In this document: piece after piece, positions 41,791 through 54,806 of the stretch
Numbering within the stretch: the stretch's first letter is position 1
Layout of the letters: every line of letters starts with the position of its first letter
Origin: an uncultured Chloroflexia bacterium
Lineage (GTDB): Bacteria > Chloroflexota > Dehalococcoidia > DSTF01 > JALHUB01
Direction: 5' to 3'
Assembly (NCBI GenBank): GCA_963726245.1
Contig: CAVSBT010000037.1
Span: forward strand, 32,001-96,000
DNA length: 64,000 nt
Notes under the pieces: generated by a model
What the model was told of the DNA's origin: nothing
The model's input: only the letters and a program-made list of their open reading frames with translations
The model's database searches: none
Translations under genes and position numbers: made by a program

Positions 41791-42575
41791 GGCGAAGCCA
41801 TGAGGTTGCGCGATGTCGCCGCCGACGAGCACCGCTGGCCGGCACACCGCGAAGGCGTGGAACGTAGTACTCGTAGCCTCCGCCGCGTCTTGAGGCGTGG
41901 TTGCTGTTGGCATCTGCTGACGGGATCTCACGAAGGCCAGGTCTCCGTGGCGTTCGCCTCGTAGGTCGGAGTGCGAAATATGGATCGCGGCGAGGATGGA
42001 TTGAGGCGCTGGACCCGTTGAACCGCGTCGAGTTCACGGGTATCGATAACGACTGCGCGGCGAGATCAGGCGGCGTGAACTCCTGTTCAGTGTAAGGAAG
42101 GCTTGCTTCGCGGAAGGCTGTGGGCAGGGTGCTACGCCGGAGAATCCGGTGTTGATGTTGAAGTAGGGTATGGCGGAGGAAAGGGGCGCGACGAAATTAT
42201 AGCGGGTGGCGCGTCACGTGCGCAGGCGTCTTAGAACCGCCGGAGCTGCTCGGAACGCGGTTTGGTTGCGCTGGATGAATTGAATGCGATTTTAGTTGAC
42301 TTTGTCGCTTAGCAGATTTATCACGGTTGGTAGCAGGGTTAGCGACGTTGCTATCGTTGCGCTCGCGATCAATACTGGTACTGATGGCGATGCTGGTCGT
42401 CTCACGGCACGGGACTATCCGATTCCACCGGGCGGACGCTCAGGCCCGCCCTGGGCCCGGTCAAGGCGAGCGACCCGGCTCTCCGAGTGACGCAGCCGCC
42501 CTAAGCGGCTACACTGGCTCCGCACTTGCCTGACGGCGGGCGGGCCCGCCTGCCATTCCGCATCCGGAGGGTCTC

Positions 42576-44067
<1,492 letters not shown>

Positions 44068-44217
44068 GGCCCCGGGTGCTTCGACAGGCTCAGCATGCCA
44101 TATGGCCTGCCTTCGCTACCGGCAGCCCATTCAGCAGCCTGAGCTTGTCGAAGGGCGTCCTGAGCGCGCCGAAGGGTCGAACCACGAGCGGCCCGCCAGG
44201 GCTAGATGAGCAGCGCT

Positions 44218-44898
44218 TCAGGGCTTGGCGGAGGGAGCCGTCTCCGTCTCCTCATGGTCCACGACGAGCTTGCTGCCGTTCCAGCGGTAGAAGGTGTGGT
44301 GTAGCTGGCTGGGACAGCAGAGGGGGTCCTCCGGGGCGTAGAGAGGCTCCGTATCCACCAGCACGCCGTCCTGGACGGCGACCGTGACCCGTCCGGCCGC
44401 CGGCTTCACCTCCAAGAGCTCCTTCAGGTCGCCCCCGCGATAGCCGAAGACGGCGTAGGCGATGGTGCCGCCGGTGCCGCCGGAGCTGATGGGCACCACC
44501 GCCTCATCAACTCCGTCGCCGGTCAGATCAGCGAAGATGATCTGCTGGGCGACCAGGCGGCCGCCGCTATCCTGCAGCAGGGCCTTCACGGCCGCCACCT
44601 GCGAGAAGTCCACCTCGCTGATGCCGCCATCGGGGACGGCCGTCTCCGCGGCGGCCGTTTCCGTGGGCTCGGGCTCCGACGAGGGTGAGGCCGAGGCCGC
44701 GGATACGCCCGTGGCCTCCGGCTCCTGGCTGCCGCCGTTGTCGCAGGCGGTCACCGCCAGGGCAATCCCGACCAGCAGCAGGCCCGCCGCCCACAACCGC
44801 AGATCGAGACGCCTTCCCTCGCGGCGGCGCCTGAAGGCACCGGCCGGCGCTCGTTCATCCCCCCCGGCGCGGCCCATCAAGAGACGTCGCCCTCCCAC
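44218..44898 (-). CDS. Putative lipoprotein (LppP/LprE-like)
   Basis: Lipobox [24 protein letters not shown]; start uncertain. Confidence 0.7.
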   Translation of the reverse strand: MGGRRLLMGRAGGDERAPAGAFRRRREGRRLDLRLWAAGLLLVGIALAVTACDNGGSQEPEATGVSAASASPSSEPEPTETAAAETAVPDGGISEVDFSQVAAVKALLQDSGGRLVAQQIIFADLTGDGVDEAVVPISSGGTGGTIAYAVFGYRGGDLKELLEVKPAAGRVTVAVQDGVLVDTEPLYAPEDPLCCPSQLHHTFYRWNGSKLVVDHEETETAPSAKP

Positions 44899-45954
44899 AC
44901 GTTGTTGGCTGGATTAGCGTCTGTCGGCTCCGTCATCGCCGCAATCACGCGCACATGCGTCCCCGGCGGCGCCAGGACGCCCACGACCTCGACCGTGTCG
45001 AAGCCAAGGGGCTCGATGGTGAGCTGGTAGGTAGACGCGGTCGTGGGCTCCGGCGCACCCCCAACATAAACCGTGACCACGACCGTGACCTGCACCGCCG
45101 GAGCGCTGGTAGGATTCTGAATCACCACCAGCAGGCGGTTCGTTTCGGGGGAGCGGAAGACGCCGTGAACCGCCAGGTCGAGGGCGACATCGGGCGCGAG
45201 CTGCTTGGCCAGGCCGTTGTTTCCGTCATCCTCCTCAGGGATGAGGTTGGTGGAGTCCGCGACGACCAGCACGAGCTCCGGCCGGTAGATCACCTGGTCT
45301 TGAAGGAGGATGCGCACGTTGGCGCCCGGCGGCAGGGCGTCGGTGAGGGTCACGGCCTCCGCCACCACGCCGCGAACCAGGAACTCGATCTTCTGGCCGG
45401 CCGGCACTGTGCTGTGCCCCTCGTTGCCCAGGAGCACGCCCAGGACATCATTGGACACGAACGTGTCAAGCACCACGAGGTCGGGCAGCACAGGAGGCGG
45501 CGTCGGCGTCGACGTGGGCTGCGGCGTCAACGTCGGCGGATGCGGGAGTGACCGTGCCCGCCGGCTGCGTGGGCGACGGCAGCGCCGGCGTTTGACCGGG
45601 CGACGGCGTCTGGCCTGGGAGCAGCGTGGGCGCCGGCCCCGGCGTCGCGGTGTCCTCCGGCGGCGGAGTCGTCTCCGGCGTCTCCTCGGGAGGCACGCCG
45701 CTGGTGGGCGTCTCCGTCTCCGCTGCGGGCGTGACGGCAGACGGTGTCTTGCTCGGCGTGCCCGTGCCGGCGGGGGTACCCGCACGGGCTGTGCGGGTGA
45801 CGGTGGTGGTACGGGAAGCGGGTGTGCGGGTGGGAGAGCCGACGACGCTGGGTCCACTCTCGCTTCCGCCGCAGAAGGCGAGGACGAGAGCAGCCAGGGC
45901 GGCCCCGGCAACGAGGGCCACCAACGAGCCGATGAGCGGCCAGCGCAGGGTCAC
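44877..45954 (-). CDS. Membrane-anchored Pro/Thr-rich protein with CARDB-like domains, frameshift near 45545
   Basis: TM, PT linker, PDLVV, IPEEDDGNN, DANPANN. Confidence 0.7.
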
Positions 45955-46213
45955 GGAAGGCTCCCCCTCAGGGCTCTCCCAGGTCGGGCGGGCGACCCCT
46001 GTCCCGATCGTGGAAGCCTACCTCGCCACCACGTCGCAGCATAGTCCCGAAAGACCCTCTTGGCAAGATGCGCCTATAGATGGGCACAGACAGAGACAGA
46101 TTCTGTGGCGGTCCACCAGAGTGCTGACAAGGCTGGGTGCGCCGCTCCTGGTTCGACAGGCTCACCATGAGCGGCACCTGAGAACGCTCGTCTGGCCTGT
46201 CGAAGCGGCGGCG

Positions 46214-47210
46214 CTACCCTGAAACCGCCTCAGGGTTGACGAGGTTGGCCGGCTTCTCTCCGCGCAGGACGGAGAGAATGGCGTCCGCCGCCATGTCCGC
46301 CATCCGGCGGCGCGTGGCGACGCTGGCGCTGCCGACGTGCGGCGTCAACGTCAGGTTATCGAGCTCCAGGAGCGGGTCGCCGGGCGGCACCGGCTCCACC
46401 TCGGCCACGTCCAGGCCCGCGCCGGCGATGCCGCGGGAGCGGAGGGCCTCGCAGAGGGCCTGCTGGTCCACGACGCCGCCGCGCGAGGTGTTGATGAGGA
46501 TGGCGTCGGGCTTCATCAGGCCCAGCTCTCGGCGGCCGATGAGGTGGCGGGTCTCGGCGGTGAGCGGCACGTGTAGCGTCACGAAGTCGGACTCTCGCAG
46601 GAGCGTGTCCAGGGGCACGAAGCGGGCGCCCAGCTCCGCCTCCAGCTCCTCTCGACGCTGTCTGCCGCAGTAGAGGAGGCGCATGGCGAAGCCGCGGGCC
46701 CGGCGGGCTACGGCGCGGCCGATGGCCCCCAGCCCGACGATGCCCAGGGTGGCGCCGTAGACGTCGTGCCCCAGGAGGAACGAGGGGTGCCAGGTGGGCC
46801 AGCCGCCGCTGCGGGCCAGGCGGTCCCCTTCCACGACTCGACGCGCCGCCGCCAGCAAGAGGGCGAAGGCGAGATCGGCCGTGGTCTCCGTGAGGACGCC
46901 GGGGGTGTTCGTCACCAGCACACCGCGAGCGGTGGCAGCCGCCACGTCGATGTTGTCGTAGCCCACGGCCATGTTGCTGACGATGCGCAGTCCGGGGCGC
47001 GCCATCGAGGAGCGCGGCGTCGACGCGATCCGTGAGGAGCGTGAGCAGGGCGTCGGCGCGGGCGGCGCGGCGCAGGAGCTCCTCCCGAGGTGGCGGCTCC
47101 TGGTCGGGCCAGACCTCAACCTCGGCGGCGGGACGCAGCCTCTCGACGGCGTCGCCGGGCAGCTCGCGCGTGACGAACACGTAGGGGCGAGCGGACGCTT
47201 CAGCGGTCAT
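46214..47210 (-). CDS. D-2-hydroxyacid dehydrogenase (glyoxylate reductase-like), frameshift near 47005
   Basis: AVGYDNID, GIVGLGAIG, INTSRG, LDV...EP, PHVGSA. Confidence 0.92.
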
Positions 47211-47235
47211 CGAGTGCTTCAGCGTCAGGGGCGCG

Positions 47236-47508
47236 CTAGCTCCGCCAGAACTGCCACCACTTTCGCGGCTCCGGGGCGGCAGGCGGCGCCGCCTCCCGCG
47301 ACGGCTCCGCGGCCATGGACGGCGGCGCCGGCGCCTCGGCGGGCGCCTCTTCGACGGCGCCGAGGAACTTCGCCGGCTCGGCGTCGAACCGCTCCTTGCA
47401 CCCGACGGCGCAGAAGTAATAGGTGACGCCCTCGTAGTCGGAGGTGGCCGCCGCCTCCTTCGGGTCGATCTCCATGCCGCAGACCGGGTCCTTCACTAGA
47501 TCAGCCAT
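47236..47508 (-). CDS. YHS domain protein
   Basis: KDPVCGMEI, YYFCAVGCKERF. Confidence 0.88.
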   Translation of the reverse strand: MADLVKDPVCGMEIDPKEAAATSDYEGVTYYFCAVGCKERFDAEPAKFLGAVEEAPAEAPAPPSMAAEPSREAAPPAAPEPRKWWQFWRS

Positions 47509-47577
47509 ACCAGCCTCCCTTCTGGCCACTCGCTGAGGCCAACGCATGCCGCGGTTGATTTGCTGTTGCCGGTACGC

Positions 47578-48042
47578 TCAGCAGCCCGCACGACGCTCGG
47601 CCTCGCGCTTTGTATGTCTGAGGCCACCGTCGATCGCCTTCTGGAGCGCCTTCCGCATGCGGCCCTTGAAGGTGCTTGCGATAAGCCCTTCCCACGACTC
47701 TTCGGTGCGAAGTCGCGTGGTGCCTTCCGACGGCAGCAGCTCCCACACGTGCACGGCTCTTATGCCCATCGTCCTGCCCGTCCAGGCCAACAGTCGCGGA
47801 CTCTCGACAGCTCGAAAGGTGGATCTGATGAGCCCTGGGCCTGCCTTCCAACTGAACTGGGTCCCAGGCGCCACTGCTCCAGCAATCTTGGCCGACCGCA
47901 CATCTGGATTCCAAGTCGGCCACGCCTCAATGTCCGTGATCAATTGCCAGATCAGTTCTGGAGATGCCTTGATTTCGATCTCGCCCTCCGCAACAACAGG
48001 AGCATTCTTGTTGACCGCAGACTCGGCCCTTCCGCTGGTCAT
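47578..48042 (-). CDS. SRPBCC (polyketide cyclase/dehydrase) family protein
   Basis: IKASPELIW..ITD..WPTWNP, LAWTG. Confidence 0.85.
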   Translation of the reverse strand: MTSGRAESAVNKNAPVVAEGEIEIKASPELIWQLITDIEAWPTWNPDVRSAKIAGAVAPGTQFSWKAGPGLIRSTFRAVESPRLLAWTGRTMGIRAVHVWELLPSEGTTRLRTEESWEGLIASTFKGRMRKALQKAIDGGLRHTKREAERRAGC

Positions 48043-48214
48043 TGTCCCTCCTCAACACACCGCCCCCTCCCCCAGAAAACCTCGCATCCGGCCGCCATTA
48101 TACACCGGCCGGGTAGAGGGCGGCCCCTTACCCCTCTGGCCCCGTGATGGGAACCCGCTTCAAACATCGCAGGCGGTTTGCAGAGGCGGGTGCATGTGGT
48201 AGTTTGTTGGCGCC

Positions 48215-49260
48215 GTGAGCGTCTTCCTCAACCTGTGGGAGCCCGTCTACGTCCGCCGTCGCGTGCTGATGCGGCTGGCGATCAGCGCCATCCTGGTGGG
48301 CGTCCTGATCTGGCGCGTCAACATCGGCGCCGCCCTCAGGACCCTCACCCACGTGGACTATATCTACGCCCTCCCCGCCCTCGCCCTCTTCACCCTGGCG
48401 AAGCTGGTCTTCTCCGTACGCTGGCGTGTGATGCTCACGCGGCTGGGCCAGCCGTCGGCCCGCGGCCTCTTCGGCATCATGCTCGTCTCGAACATGGCGA
48501 ACAACGTCCTGCCCCTCCGTCTGGGCGACGTGCTGCGCGTGCAGGTGTCGGCGCAGCGCTTCGGCATCTCCCGCTCCGGCCTCGCGTCCAGCGTCTTCGT
48601 CACCGAGACGCTTCTCGATGGCGTCACCTTCGCCGTCCTGGGGCTGGTCGGGCTGGCGCTGCTGGATATACCGCAGAGCCTCAGAGACTTCCTCTGGGCG
48701 ATGATCGGCGGCGCGGCAGTTGGCCTGCTCTTGGCCGTTCTCGGCGCCCACATCTCGGTGCCCCAGGGCTGGAAGCCGGGTCGATGGCTGGGCTGGCTGC
48801 CGCCAAGGGCGCGCCAGGGCGTCGCCGACATCTTGCCGCCGTTCGTGGAGGGCATGGCGGCGCTGCGCCACCCCTGGATGGGCACCCAGGTGCTGGTCCT
48901 CTCCTTCACGGGCTGGCTCCTGGAGGGGGTGATGTTCTGGCTCTTCGGCCTCGGCTTCGGGCTGCATCTCTCCTTTGGGTCCTACCTGGTGATCATGATC
49001 GCGACCAACATGGTCATCTCCGTGCCGCTGGCGCCCTCCAACGTGGGGCCCTATGAGGTGGCCGTGGCCGAGGTCGTGACTCTCCTGGGCGTGACGCGCT
49101 CGCTGGCGGAGGCTATGCCATCGCCACCCACCTGCTGAACATCCTGTGGGTGAGCCTCACAGGCGTCATAGCGATGTGGCTACTCGGCCTGCGCTTCCAG
49201 GACATCTTCTACCTGCGCGCCCAGGCCAGTCCGCCGCGGCGGGCTCCCACCCGCATCACA
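48215..49260 (+). CDS. Flippase-like / lysylphosphatidylglycerol synthase TM domain protein (UPF0104), frameshift near 49110, end approximate
   Basis: RW..L, NNVLPLRLGD..R, P.APSNVGPYE. Confidence 0.8.
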
Positions 49261-49409
49261 GGGGACGAGAATGCGGAGCCCCCTTCGCCAGGCTCAGGGT
49301 GCTGAATGGGCTGCTGGCGGCACATGGCAAGCGGACGTCCGCTGGTGGCCGGCTCCAGATTGATGATAAAATGAAGTGACTAACTCGACATTGTTTCGGA
49401 GGCAGGCCC

Positions 49410-49745
49410 ATGCCCCACAAGGACCCGCGAGAGCCGTTCACCCGCCTCAGCGCCGCTGAGACCAAGCGGATGCTGGAGAACGGCGGCGCTCAGGTCGTCG
49501 ACGTGCGGGAGGGATGGGAGTACCAGAGCGGGCACATCCCCGGCGCCGACCACATACCCGTGAACACCGTCTTCGCCCGCCGCAGTGAGCTGAGCCCTGA
49601 CCAGGACATCATCTTTGTCTGCTCCGTGGGTCAGCGCAGCGCTCTGGCCTGCGAGATGGCGGCGGCGGCCGGCCTCAGCCGCATATACAACGTGGAGGGC
49701 GGGACCGAAGCCTGGGTCGACGCGGGCTATCCGGTCGAGAAGTAG
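49410..49745 (+). CDS. Rhodanese domain protein
   Basis: VDVRE..EY..GHIPGA, CSVGQRS, NVEGG. Confidence 0.92.
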   Translation: MPHKDPREPFTRLSAAETKRMLENGGAQVVDVREGWEYQSGHIPGADHIPVNTVFARRSELSPDQDIIFVCSVGQRSALACEMAAAAGLSRIYNVEGGTEAWVDAGYPVEK

Positions 49746-49748
49746 AGG

Positions 49749-50507
49749 CTAGCGCAGGAAACCGACGCCGGAGTAGATGAAGTAGGCCCCCAGGACGAGA
49801 AGGAAGAGCCCGCAGACCCCCAAGATGCCCCGGTAGACGGCCCCGCTCATGATGCGCCGCCCGGTGGCGAGGACGAAGGCCACCAGCGTCAGCCAGGCGA
49901 AGTCGGAGAGGACGTGGGCGGTGAAGAAGGAAGCCACGCCGGCCGCTCCATGCTCCAGCGACTGCGACATGTAGGCCGCCCCCACACTGGCCCACCAGAT
50001 CACCCAGTAAGGATTGGAGACGCTGACCAGCGCTCCCGCCGGGGCGAGGACCAGGGCCATCGCCCCGACCCGCGGCGAGGCGGGCGTCTGGTCGTTGCCG
50101 GCGGCGGCAGCGAGCACCCTCGCGCCGTACCCGCGACGGACGGCCGGCGCAGGGCCTGGGTTGCCGCCGGCTGGCTCCGTCGCCAGGCTCTCGCGTCCCA
50201 GGCTCAGCGATTGGCTGGGCGCGCTGCGCAACATCCCGTAGCCCATCCAGAGGAGGAAGGCGCCGCCGGCCAGGGCGATGGCGGCCGTGACCGGGCCCTC
50301 ATCTTCCAGGAACCCCTTCAGTCCCACGGCCAGGCCGATGACCAGCGCCAGCTCGATGATGGCATGGCCGGCGCTGATCACGGGACCCACCCAGAAGCCG
50401 CGACGGAGCGTCTCGCGGACGGTGAGCGTGAACAGGGGGCCGGGCATAAGGGCGCCGGAAAGGGACACTACGAAGGACGTGCCGAAGATCGCCAGCAGGC
50501 CAAGCAT
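49749..50507 (-). CDS. LysE family transporter
   Basis: LSGALMPGP, GH..IE, NPYWVIWW. Confidence 0.88.
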   Translation of the reverse strand: MLGLLAIFGTSFVVSLSGALMPGPLFTLTVRETLRRGFWVGPVISAGHAIIELALVIGLAVGLKGFLEDEGPVTAAIALAGGAFLLWMGYGMLRSAPSQSLSLGRESLATEPAGGNPGPAPAVRRGYGARVLAAAAGNDQTPASPRVGAMALVLAPAGALVSVSNPYWVIWWASVGAAYMSQSLEHGAAGVASFFTAHVLSDFAWLTLVAFVLATGRRIMSGAVYRGILGVCGLFLLVLGAYFIYSGVGFLR

Positions 50508-50909
50508 GGTGCAAAAGGGCCCGCCCGGCCAGCGCCGTCGACGGGCCTGCAAGTAGTGTCTCATTCCGCTCGGTCGCTGGTCAACGATTCGTGCCGCCGG
50601 TGACCGGTTCGTCATTGGTCGGAGAATCCTCTACCCCCGCCTGAAGGCGAGGGCATAGATTCGCTTTCTGATGCCCCAGCGTTCACGCTGGGGTCATGTC
50701 CGAATCCGGCGACCGGAGGCCCACCAAGGATGCACCAATCACGGCCGCCGTGGAGCGCTCCCGCCGTTTCCCTTGCTGGCTACACCGGCACCTGCTAGAA
50801 TGCAGCGGATTCGAGGGCGCAGGGCGTCTACGTCCCGCGCTCTCGGCTCGCCAGGAGGCTGTCGCTGCCAGCCCGGCGCCGGAAGTCGAACGCCAGTGGG
50901 AGAGGAGCC

Positions 50910-52001
50910 GTGAAAGAAGCACGCGGTGCCTTGGGAAAGATCAACGTCGCCATCATCGGGGTGGGCAACTGCGCCTCGTCGCTGGTGCAGGGCGTCCACT
51001 TCTACCAAGACGCCGCCGAGAAGACCCTCATCCCCGGGCTCATGCACCCCAACTTGGGCGGCTACCACGTCGGTGACATCAACTTCGTGGCCGCCATCGA
51101 CATCGATGTCAACAAGGTAGGCAAGGACCTGGCAGAGGCCATCTACGCGCCTCCCAACAACACGTACCGCTTCGCCGATGTCCCGCCGACGGGCGTGCGC
51201 GTCTCGCGCGGCATGACCCACGACGGGCTGGGCAAGTACCTCTCGCAGATCATCACCAAGGCCCCGGGCCCCACCGACGACATCGTCGGCATCCTGAAGG
51301 CAACCGGGACCCACGTCGTGGTCAACTACCTGCCCGTGGGGTCGGAGGAGGCCACCAAGTGGTACGTGGAGCAGGTGCTGACGGTGGGCTGCGGCTTGGT
51401 CAACTGCATCCCCGTCTTCATCGCCAGGGAGAAGTACTGGCAGCGCCGCTTCGAGGAGCGAGGGCTGCCCATCATCGGCGATGACATCAAGTCGCAGGTG
51501 GGCGCTACGATCGTCCACCGCGTGCTGACGCGAGTCTTCCGCGACCGCGGCGTGCGCCTGGACCGGACGTACCAGATCAACTTTGGCGGCAACACCGACT
51601 TCCTGAACATGCTGGAGAGGGAGAGGCTGGAGTCGAAGAAGATCTCCAAGACCAACGCCGTCACCTCGCAGTTGGACTACGAGCTGCCCGCGGGCGACGT
51701 GCACGTAGGCCCCAGCGACTACATCCCGTGGCTGCTGGACCGCAAGTGGTGCCACATCCGCATGGAAGGAACCACCTTCGGCAATGTGCCCTTGAACATG
51801 GAGGTGAAGCTGGAGGTATGGGACAGCCCCAACTCGGCGGGCGTGGTCATCGATGCCATTCGCTGCTGCAAGCTGGCCCTGGACCGCGGCACGGCCGGCG
51901 CCCTCGTCGCCCCTTCCGCCTACTTCATGAAGTCGCCGCCGCAGCAGTTCACCGATGACCAGGCCCGTGTCATGGTCGAAAAGTTCATCGCCAAAGGGTA
52001 G
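50910..52001 (+). CDS. ino1: myo-inositol-1-phosphate synthase
   Basis: [41 protein letters not shown]. Confidence 0.96.
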   Translation: MKEARGALGKINVAIIGVGNCASSLVQGVHFYQDAAEKTLIPGLMHPNLGGYHVGDINFVAAIDIDVNKVGKDLAEAIYAPPNNTYRFADVPPTGVRVSRGMTHDGLGKYLSQIITKAPGPTDDIVGILKATGTHVVVNYLPVGSEEATKWYVEQVLTVGCGLVNCIPVFIAREKYWQRRFEERGLPIIGDDIKSQVGATIVHRVLTRVFRDRGVRLDRTYQINFGGNTDFLNMLERERLESKKISKTNAVTSQLDYELPAGDVHVGPSDYIPWLLDRKWCHIRMEGTTFGNVPLNMEVKLEVWDSPNSAGVVIDAIRCCKLALDRGTAGALVAPSAYFMKSPPQQFTDDQARVMVEKFIAKG

Positions 52002-52002
52002 C

Positions 52003-52923
52003 GTGCTCGTCCAGCGCGTCATCTACTGGGTCTTCCGGTTCCTCATTTTCATCGGCCGCCCTTTTCCCGTGCGGGTGGGCTACTTCGTGGCTCCCATCAT
52101 CGCCGACATCGTCTATCCCTTCTACCGGCACGGGCGCCGCGCGCTCTACCAGAACCTGGAGCGCGTGCTGTGCACCAATGACCGGCGGGTGCTGGGCCGG
52201 GTGGCCCGAGGCGCCATCCGCAACTTCTCCAAGTACGTCGTGGACTTCATCCACTTCTACACCATGTCGCTTGACGACATCCGCCGCCGCATCGTCTTCG
52301 ACGACTTCGAGCCTCTTAACGCCGCCGTGGCCGAGGGCAAGGGGATCATTTTCGTCACCCTCCACTTCGGCAACTGGGACATGGGGGCGGCCGGCCTCGC
52401 CGCCTACGGCTACCCCGTGGACGCCATCGCCGAGACCTTCGAGCTACCTGCGATGAACGATCTGGTGCAGGGCTACCGGCGTCAGCTTGGCGTGAAGATC
52501 ATCCCTATGGAGCACGTCGGGCCCGGCGTACTGCGGGCCCTGCGGCGGGGCGACATCCTGGCCTTACTCATCGACGTGCCGGCGCCGGGGGCCAGCGTAG
52601 AGGTCAACTTCTTCGGCGACCTCACCGAGGTGGCAGCCGGGCCTGCCCGCATCGCCCTCCGCACCGGCGCCCGAGTCATCCCCGCAGTCATCGCTCGGGA
52701 GCCGGGTCGCGACGAGATCATGCGGGCCCTCCTGGATTTCGACGTGCGCCTGGAGCCCACCGGGGATGAGGAGCAGGATGTCCGGCAGCTCACCCAGAAG
52801 ATCATGTCGTCTCTCGAGCGCTTCATCCGCCAGTACCCCGACCAGTGGTTCATGTTCCGCCCAATGTGGCCGACGCCTCGACCGGCGCCCGAGCCTTCGC
52901 GAGTGCTCGCCCTGAAGGACTAA
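52003..52923 (+). CDS. PatA/LpxL-like lipid acyltransferase (1)
   Basis: HFGNWD, ALLID, FFG, YPDQWFMF. Confidence 0.88.
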   Translation: MLVQRVIYWVFRFLIFIGRPFPVRVGYFVAPIIADIVYPFYRHGRRALYQNLERVLCTNDRRVLGRVARGAIRNFSKYVVDFIHFYTMSLDDIRRRIVFDDFEPLNAAVAEGKGIIFVTLHFGNWDMGAAGLAAYGYPVDAIAETFELPAMNDLVQGYRRQLGVKIIPMEHVGPGVLRALRRGDILALLIDVPAPGASVEVNFFGDLTEVAAGPARIALRTGARVIPAVIAREPGRDEIMRALLDFDVRLEPTGDEEQDVRQLTQKIMSSLERFIRQYPDQWFMFRPMWPTPRPAPEPSRVLALKD

Positions 52924-52966
52924 GGCGCCGACCGCCGCCGCCGACAGACACAGGTACGTTCGGCCC

Positions 52967-53884
52967 ATGTGGAAGTACGTCGCCCTTCTGGTCGTGTCCA
53001 AGACCCTGGCCTGGCTTCCCACGCGGGCTGCCTACGCGATCGCCAGGGTTGTGGGCGACGCGTCATACCTGCTCCAGGGCCGCACCCGCCGGCACGTCAA
53101 GGACAACATGCGCCACGTCCTGGGGCCGGACGCCAGCGAGAAAGAGGTGTCCCGCGCAGCCCGCGACGTCTTCCGCAACGTCACCCGCTACTACGCCGAC
53201 CTCATTCGCCTGCCCCGCCTCGATCCCCACCGCCTCCTGACACACGACGTGACCATTCACGGACTGGAAACCCTAAAGAACGCCATCGCCGAGGGCAAGG
53301 GCGTCGTACTGGTCAGCGGTCACTATGGCAACCCGGAGCTGACCGTGCAGGTCATGGCGGGCTTCGGCGTCCAGGCCTACGTGCTCACGGAGCCCCTTCA
53401 GCCCCGACAGCTCTCGGACCTCGTCCACCGTCTTCGCTCCACCCACGGCCACATCTACCGACCGGTGAGCATGTCGGCCGTCAAGGGGGCCATCCGCCAC
53501 CTGCGCCAGGGCGGGGTCGTGGCCATTCTCTGCGACCGCGACATACAGAAGACGGGCCAGTTGCTGCCCTTGTGTGGCTCCCCTGCCCGCTTCCCCGTCG
53601 GCGCCGCGATGCTGGCGGTGCGCACGGGCGCCCAGCTCGTGCCGGCCTTCAGCCAGAGGCACGGGCCGGGCCGCGACGAGGTCTGGGTCGATCCGCCCCT
53701 TTCTCTGGAGCGCACCGGCGACGAGGAGCACGACGTGCGCGCCATTACGGAGAAGATCCTGGCCCGCTTCGAGGAGTATCTGCGCCGCGATCCAGGCCAG
53801 TGGATGGTCCTGGAGCCCGTCTGGGGGCAGGAGTGCGCCGAAGACGGGACCCTTGTCAACTCACAGACAACTTCTGCGCATTGA
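52967..53884 (+). CDS. PatA/LpxL-like lipid acyltransferase (2)
   Basis: HYGNPE, ILCDRD, DPGQWMV. Confidence 0.88.
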   Translation: MWKYVALLVVSKTLAWLPTRAAYAIARVVGDASYLLQGRTRRHVKDNMRHVLGPDASEKEVSRAARDVFRNVTRYYADLIRLPRLDPHRLLTHDVTIHGLETLKNAIAEGKGVVLVSGHYGNPELTVQVMAGFGVQAYVLTEPLQPRQLSDLVHRLRSTHGHIYRPVSMSAVKGAIRHLRQGGVVAILCDRDIQKTGQLLPLCGSPARFPVGAAMLAVRTGAQLVPAFSQRHGPGRDEVWVDPPLSLERTGDEEHDVRAITEKILARFEEYLRRDPGQWMVLEPVWGQECAEDGTLVNSQTTSAH

Positions 53885-54050
53885 AATGCGCAGCTTCCTC
53901 GAAGCTGAGGGTTTCAACCCTCAGGGATGAAGCCAAGCGGCAAATGCCGATGGCTGGCCAGTCGTTCACCTCTCGGTGCCTCGCTTGCGGTACAATGAGG
54001 GCGTTGGGGATAGTTCTTGCACTGTGAGCCGGTCTAGGTAGGGATAAGCT

Positions 54051-54806
54051 TTGGGCAAAGCCGATCTGCACATCCACACGGCCCGCGGCGACGGCATGGC
54101 CGACCTGCCGGAGCTGCTGGCGCACGTCCAGCAGAACACGGACCTGACGGTGATCGCCGTGACCGAGCACGATGACTCGCGGCCGGGCCTGGAGGCCCGC
54201 GAGATGTGGGCCCGCGGCAACTACCGATTCGAGGTCGTGCCGGGCGCCGAGCTGACGACCCTGGAGGGACACCTGCTGGCTCTCTACTTGGAGGAGCCCG
54301 TCGAAAGCCTGCGTCCGCTGGCCGAGACGCTGGAGGCCGTACACAGGCAGGGCGGGCTGTGCGTCATCCCTCACCCCATGAGCTGGCTCACGCGCAGCAT
54401 CGGCCAGCGGAAGATCGACCGCATCCTGGGCGACGGTCGGGACGGCGTCTACTTCGACGGCATGGAGGTGGCCGACCAGAGCGCCGGCGCCCGTGTCAGC
54501 ATCGGGAAGGCGCGTCGCCTCAACAATGAGCGCTATCACTTCGCGGCGGTGGGCGGCAGCGACGCGCACTTCCTGGCCGTGGTCGGGAGCGCCTACACCG
54601 TTTTCGAGGGGCACGGCGCCGAGGACCTGCGGCGGGCCATCCTGGCCCGCACCACTGAGGGCGTGGACGGCCATAGCCCGTCACTGATGGAGATTGGGCT
54701 GCGGCAGGTGGTGCGGCAGCAGGTGCGAGGCTTACTGGTAACGCCTCGCAAGATGGGCTGGCGGCGCACCATCGCCAGCTTCTTCACGCGGTTCCTGCCG
54801 AAATGA
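54051..54806 (+). CDS. PHP domain phosphoesterase
   Basis: ADLHIHT, AVTEHD, GH, PHP, GGSDAH. Confidence 0.88.
   Translation: MGKADLHIHTARGDGMADLPELLAHVQQNTDLTVIAVTEHDDSRPGLEAREMWARGNYRFEVVPGAELTTLEGHLLALYLEEPVESLRPLAETLEAVHRQGGLCVIPHPMSWLTRSIGQRKIDRILGDGRDGVYFDGMEVADQSAGARVSIGKARRLNNERYHFAAVGGSDAHFLAVVGSAYTVFEGHGAEDLRRAILARTTEGVDGHSPSLMEIGLRQVVRQQVRGLLVTPRKMGWRRTIASFFTRFLPK

Noticed and set aside
42455-42515. c-di-GMP-I riboswitch or SRP RNA upstream of glpK
   Set aside because: Only superficial similarity; lacks the GNRA tetraloop/receptor and the SRP GGAA-loop motif. An Rfam scan would settle it.
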